The position numbers and the translations under genes are program-made. Below the pieces are notes generated by a model. It did not search any database, was not told where the DNA came from, and saw only the letters and a program-made list of their open reading frames with translations. From Candidatus Latescibacterota bacterium (GTDB taxonomy: Bacteria > Latescibacterota > UBA2968 > GCA-2709665), in the NCBI GenBank assembly GCA_965222075.1, contig OZ244937.1, forward strand, positions 2,944,001-3,008,000: 64,000 nt of DNA. Direction: 5' to 3'. Of the stretch, positions 60,340-64,000 are shown piece by piece. Each line of letters begins with the position of its first letter. The stretch's first letter is position 1.

Positions 60340-60518
60340 TGAAGGGGCTTTTCCGCGCAGATCCCTCCAGCACCACCGCCCAAAAACGCCCAAAAGGTCC
60401 GCTGGGCACAAACGCCTGCTTCCACCACAGGGGCAGTTCGCGGAAAAGCAGCCCCCGCGGCGTCTGAGCGGCGCCCTTCTTTTTCGGCCTTTTTCTTGGG
60501 CGTGCAAGAAAAAGGCCA
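60340..60518. repeat. Multi-hairpin non-coding element
   Basis: gcttttccgcg/cgcggaaaagc and ggcctttttcttg/caagaaaaaggcc inverted repeats. Confidence 0.6.
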
Positions 60519-60900
60519 AGAGCAAAAGAATGGGATGAAAGGAAGCCGACCCGCTCTTATTTTTCAAGCAGTTTCTGAGAAATCCCCGGCGTACCGCAAA
60601 ACTGTTGACAAATCATCACAGGCGTAATTCAGATTCACACGTAGTCCGTAAAAACAACATCCTTCCGAAGCATCGCCTGTCGTCACCAGAGACAGTCCCG
60701 TTTCAGGAGAATCTCCATAACCAGTTGAAGGTGTTGAAAATACATCCTTCCATACCCAGCTGCCTTTCTCTCACCAGCAGAAACCAGACAGCCTTGATCC
60801 TCCTGGCACGCTTCTTGACGGACTCTTCTGACGGATATCCCGACAAACGGAGGTGCCAGATGCGGTATGCAAATTGAACCACCAGGCTCCCTCCTGTTGC

Positions 60901-61257
60901 TTACTCGTTGCTGTGATGGTGATGGTCATCGTCGTTGTTGCCGGATACGTATTCCGCTGTTCTGGCGTCGACTTGCTCCTGTGTGATCAGGCCTTTTCTT
61001 ACGGCCAGGGTCTCCAGAGAAGCGATCCATCGAGCATAGTAGCTCGATGGGTCTTTTTTGTTCTCGGCAGCGGCAATTATCGACGCCAGCGCGGCGCTGA
61101 ATTCATGCCATTCGTAGAGGCCTTGTTCGCTGAGTACGACCGCAAGACCGAAAGCGCGGGCCTCCCACGGTGCCTGAAAAACCAGCGCTCCGTTTTCTCT
61201 GGGCAGGGCGATGCCGGTTTCCATCATGGAGATTTGCCCGCCGGGCTCTGGAGTCAC
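60901..61257 (-). CDS. Nitrile hydratase accessory protein (P14K-like); start uncertain
   Basis: LPRENGALVFQAPWEARAFG, EWHEF, YYARWIASLE, His-rich tail DDDHHHH. Confidence 0.85.
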   Translation of the reverse strand: MTPEPGGQISMMETGIALPRENGALVFQAPWEARAFGLAVVLSEQGLYEWHEFSAALASIIAAAENKKDPSSYYARWIASLETLAVRKGLITQEQVDARTAEYVSGNNDDDHHHHSNE

Positions 61258-61264
61258 GCCGGCC

Positions 61265-61873
61265 TCACGCTGAAGGGGTTTCAATTTTGGCCACACCGAT
61301 CATCGAGTCGCGTGTGACGAGGGAGATAAGCTCCTCTTCGGTGTAGTCCCCGGTGCCGGCAGGACGTTCCGGCAGGACCATGTAGCGGAGATCCGAGTTG
61401 CTGTCCCAGACGCGGATTTCGACGGAGTCGGGCAGATGCAGATCGAACTCCCGTAAAACGGCTCGGGGTTCGCGGACGACCCGTGAACGGTACGCGTAGG
61501 ATTTGTACCAGCCGGGCGGCAGACCGAGTACCGGCCACGGGTAACAGGAGCAGAGGGTGCACACGACCACGTGGTGAACCGTTGACGTGTTCTCCAGTAC
61601 GACCATTCTCGCGCCGTGCGTTCCGCCAAAACCCAGCTCGGCGATGGCCGCTGTACCGTCTTCCAGCAGCCGGCGCTTGTAATCCGCATCGATCCATGCA
61701 CGGGCAACCACTCTGGCGCCGTTTAGCGGGCCGACATCTTTTTCGTACTTGTGCACCACTTTGTCGATCAGATCCGCTGTAAGCAACCCCTTCTCGATCA
61801 GGAGCGACTCGAGTGCACGGGTCCGCAGGGCGGGATCCGATTCGGTCTGGACAGGTTCCTGATGCGTGTTCAT
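61265..61873 (-). CDS. nthA: Nitrile hydratase alpha subunit, Co-type
   Basis: [11 protein letters not shown] metal site (CTLCSCY = cobalt type). Confidence 0.95.
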   Translation of the reverse strand: MNTHQEPVQTESDPALRTRALESLLIEKGLLTADLIDKVVHKYEKDVGPLNGARVVARAWIDADYKRRLLEDGTAAIAELGFGGTHGARMVVLENTSTVHHVVVCTLCSCYPWPVLGLPPGWYKSYAYRSRVVREPRAVLREFDLHLPDSVEIRVWDSNSDLRYMVLPERPAGTGDYTEEELISLVTRDSMIGVAKIETPSA

Positions 61874-61888
61874 GGGCGTGGAATCCCT

Positions 61889-62575
61889 TTATGATGAGGA
61901 TGACGTCGCCGGTTCCAGATAGCTCTCCCACATATCCAGATAGACGGCGCTTTTCGATTCGGCCGATTCGCCCCATAGCTCCGAGGCTTCGAAACGGACG
62001 GCATACAGGGGCTGCCGGCGGTGGCCACACCCGCTGGGCAAGACGCTGTCCTGCAGGTTGTGGATTCCGTAGAAAGCGTCGACCTCGCCAGCCTTGCCCC
62101 GCACGTATCGAGGAAGGCGGGTGTGACCGGAAGGATGCAAATTGCGCGCGCTTACGCGGTCCCCCCTGGAAAACCGCGGCGGGATGTCCAGCTTCTCCGC
62201 GCGCGGCTCCGCACGGCGCGAACGCTCGAATTTCGCCCTGACGGCATCGGGGTTGGGATGAAGGGGCGTTTTGGCGTTGGGGTTCTTCCGGAAGAGCGCC
62301 ATCCGCGTCTCCAGCTCCTCCGCGGTCAGCACCCCGGCATCGATGAGGCCTTTGACCCGGGAATAAAGCCACTTTTCGTAATAGCTGGACGACAGGTAGT
62401 GCGCCGGGTCCATGTTCTCGATATTGTTGCGTGATCCTCCGGGGACGGCGACGGGCGTGACCACGGCGATGGCCAGCACCCGGCTTTCCCACCAGTGGTG
62501 AAAGATGGGTTCGTTTTCTTCGCGCACGATGGGGCCGAATCCGTGCATCCCGCCCATGTCGTGAATGCCGTCCAT
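61889..62575 (-). CDS. nthB: Nitrile hydratase beta subunit
   Basis: MDGIHDMGGMHGFG, YYEKW, GHTRLPRYVRGK, DMWESYL. Confidence 0.95.
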   Translation of the reverse strand: MDGIHDMGGMHGFGPIVREENEPIFHHWWESRVLAIAVVTPVAVPGGSRNNIENMDPAHYLSSSYYEKWLYSRVKGLIDAGVLTAEELETRMALFRKNPNAKTPLHPNPDAVRAKFERSRRAEPRAEKLDIPPRFSRGDRVSARNLHPSGHTRLPRYVRGKAGEVDAFYGIHNLQDSVLPSGCGHRRQPLYAVRFEASELWGESAESKSAVYLDMWESYLEPATSSSS

Positions 62576-62638
62576 GTTCGCTCCTGTGGTTCAGCGCGGC
62601 CGCCAGGCTGGCGCGGATGCCCGCTCGCTGGACGATGA

Positions 62639-64000
62639 TTATTTCCTCTGCATCCTCGCCCACGAATCCCGCAGCGTAATCGTCCGGTTGAACACCGGCT
62701 TATCGGGCGTGGAATCCGGATCCACGCAAAAATACCCCAACCGCTCGAACTGGTACACGGTTCCCGGCGCTGCGCCTTTCACACTGGGCTCGATATAACA
62801 CGCAGGCCTCACCTCCAGCGAGTTCGGGTTCAGACTGGCCTTAAAATCCTGGCCCTCGAGCGGGTTCTCCTTCAAAAACAGCCGATCGAACAGCCGCACT
62901 TCGGCCTCAACCGCGTGTTTGACCGATACCCAGTGCAGCGTGCTGCGTACCTTCCGGCCGTCCGGTGTGGACCCGCCCCGGCTCTCCGGATCGAACGTGC
63001 AGCGCAATTCCACCACCTTGCCGTTTTCGTCCTTCACCGCCTTCTGGCAGGTAATATAACACGCCGCCCTGAGCCGCACCTCTCGCCCCGGCGCCAGCCG
63101 GCGGAATCTTCTGGGCGGATCCTCCATAAAATCGTCCCGCTCGATGTAGACCACCCGTGAAAACGGCACTTTACGCATCCCGGCCGACGGGTCCTCCGGA
63201 TTAATCAGCGCCTCGAACGTCTCCTCTTCACCCTCTGGATAGTTTTCGATCACCACCTTCAGCGGATCAACCACCCCCATCACACGGGGCGCAGTCTTGT
63301 TCAGATGCTCGCGAATGTACGACTCAAACAGATCCATTTCCGCCACCGTATCCCGCCGATTCACCCCCACCCGCCGGATAAAATCCCTGATCGCCCCGGG
63401 TGGCACCCCTCTTCTGCGCATGCCTCTCAGGGTGGGCATACGTGGATCGTCCCAGCCGCTGACGTACCCCGCTTCCACCAGTTGCCGCAAATATCGCTTG
63501 CTCACCACCGTAAACGTAATGTTCAATAGAGAAAACTCAATCTGACGCGAGGGGAAAATCCCCAGTTCCTTGATATACCAGTTGTAAAGGGGCTGGTGGT
63601 CGGCAAACTCAATGCTGCAAAGCGAATGGGTCACCCCCTCAATGGCATCCGACTGCCCGTGCGCCCAATCGTACGTCGGGTAGATGCACCACCTGTCCCC
63701 CGTCCGGTGATGCGCTGTATGAATAATCCGGTACATCACCGGATCACGCATGTTCATATTTGGCGATGCCATATCAATCTTTGCCCTGAGCGTCCGGCAC
63801 CCGTCCGCGAATTCCCCATTTTTCATTCGCTCGAACAAATCCAGATTCTCCTCCACCAATCGGTTTCGGTAGGGACTCTCTTTCCCCGGCCTGGTCACCG
63901 ATCCCCGGTATTCCCGAATCTCCTCAGCGCTCAGATCGCACACATATACCTTGCCTTTTTTCATCAACCGGATCGCAAATTCGTAGAGCTGATCGAAATA
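62639..64000 (-). CDS. glnS: Glutamine--tRNA ligase (5' end outside the window)
   Basis: RAKIDM...[20 protein letters not shown] (KMSKS-equivalent), [17 protein letters not shown]. Confidence 0.95.
   Translation of the reverse strand, partial: YFDQLYEFAIRLMKKGKVYVCDLSAEEIREYRGSVTRPGKESPYRNRLVEENLDLFERMKNGEFADGCRTLRAKIDMASPNMNMRDPVMYRIIHTAHHRTGDRWCIYPTYDWAHGQSDAIEGVTHSLCSIEFADHQPLYNWYIKELGIFPSRQIEFSLLNITFTVVSKRYLRQLVEAGYVSGWDDPRMPTLRGMRRRGVPPGAIRDFIRRVGVNRRDTVAEMDLFESYIREHLNKTAPRVMGVVDPLKVVIENYPEGEEETFEALINPEDPSAGMRKVPFSRVVYIERDDFMEDPPRRFRRLAPGREVRLRAACYITCQKAVKDENGKVVELRCTFDPESRGGSTPDGRKVRSTLHWVSVKHAVEAEVRLFDRLFLKENPLEGQDFKASLNPNSLEVRPACYIEPSVKGAAPGTVYQFERLGYFCVDPDSTPDKPVFNRTITLRDSWARMQRK

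Noticed and set aside
1-64000. tRNA, rRNA, transposase or integrase genes
   Set aside because: None recognised by eye; a tRNAscan/Rfam run would be needed to exclude them fully.

Overview
GC-rich bacterial window. The run of PhyH dioxygenases, sulfatases, Gfo/Idh/MocA oxidoreductases and a DUF6785-like fragment suggests a Latescibacterota/Poribacteria-like genome (inference only). Left to right it holds: a membrane-anchored multiheme cytochrome c/TPR gene missed by the ORF track; a DUF3604-like hydrolase and four tandem PhyH dioxygenases, one lacking the iron triad; catabolic enzymes; a partner-switching signalling operon (HK, RR, RR-PP2C, tandem STAS, RsbW); RidA; a TPR protein; TonB and a TonB-dependent receptor; two M19 dipeptidases, a sulfatase, a hydrolase and an EVE protein. 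A less GC-rich, partly decayed defence island (~32.3-48.0 kb) follows. It encodes a PLD-SNF2 helicase, AlbA/HATPase, a ParA-like ATPase, GxxExxY, an AAA ATPase plus PD-(D/E)xK pair, a frameshifted TIR-TPR-TaqI_C(TRD) fusion coupled to an ABC-ATPase/HEPN-like gene, an XRE HTH and AAA_14/DUF4143. The island is punctuated by three orphan copies of a type IIG R-M C-terminal tail and three copies of a 58-bp hairpin at gene 3' ends. The right part has a catabolic cluster ending in a rhodanese with an in-frame UGA at its catalytic Cys (probable selenoprotein), manA, and a Co-type nitrile hydratase cassette bracketed by a 131-bp duplication of the glnS 3' end. All family assignments come from motif recognition by eye, not database searches.
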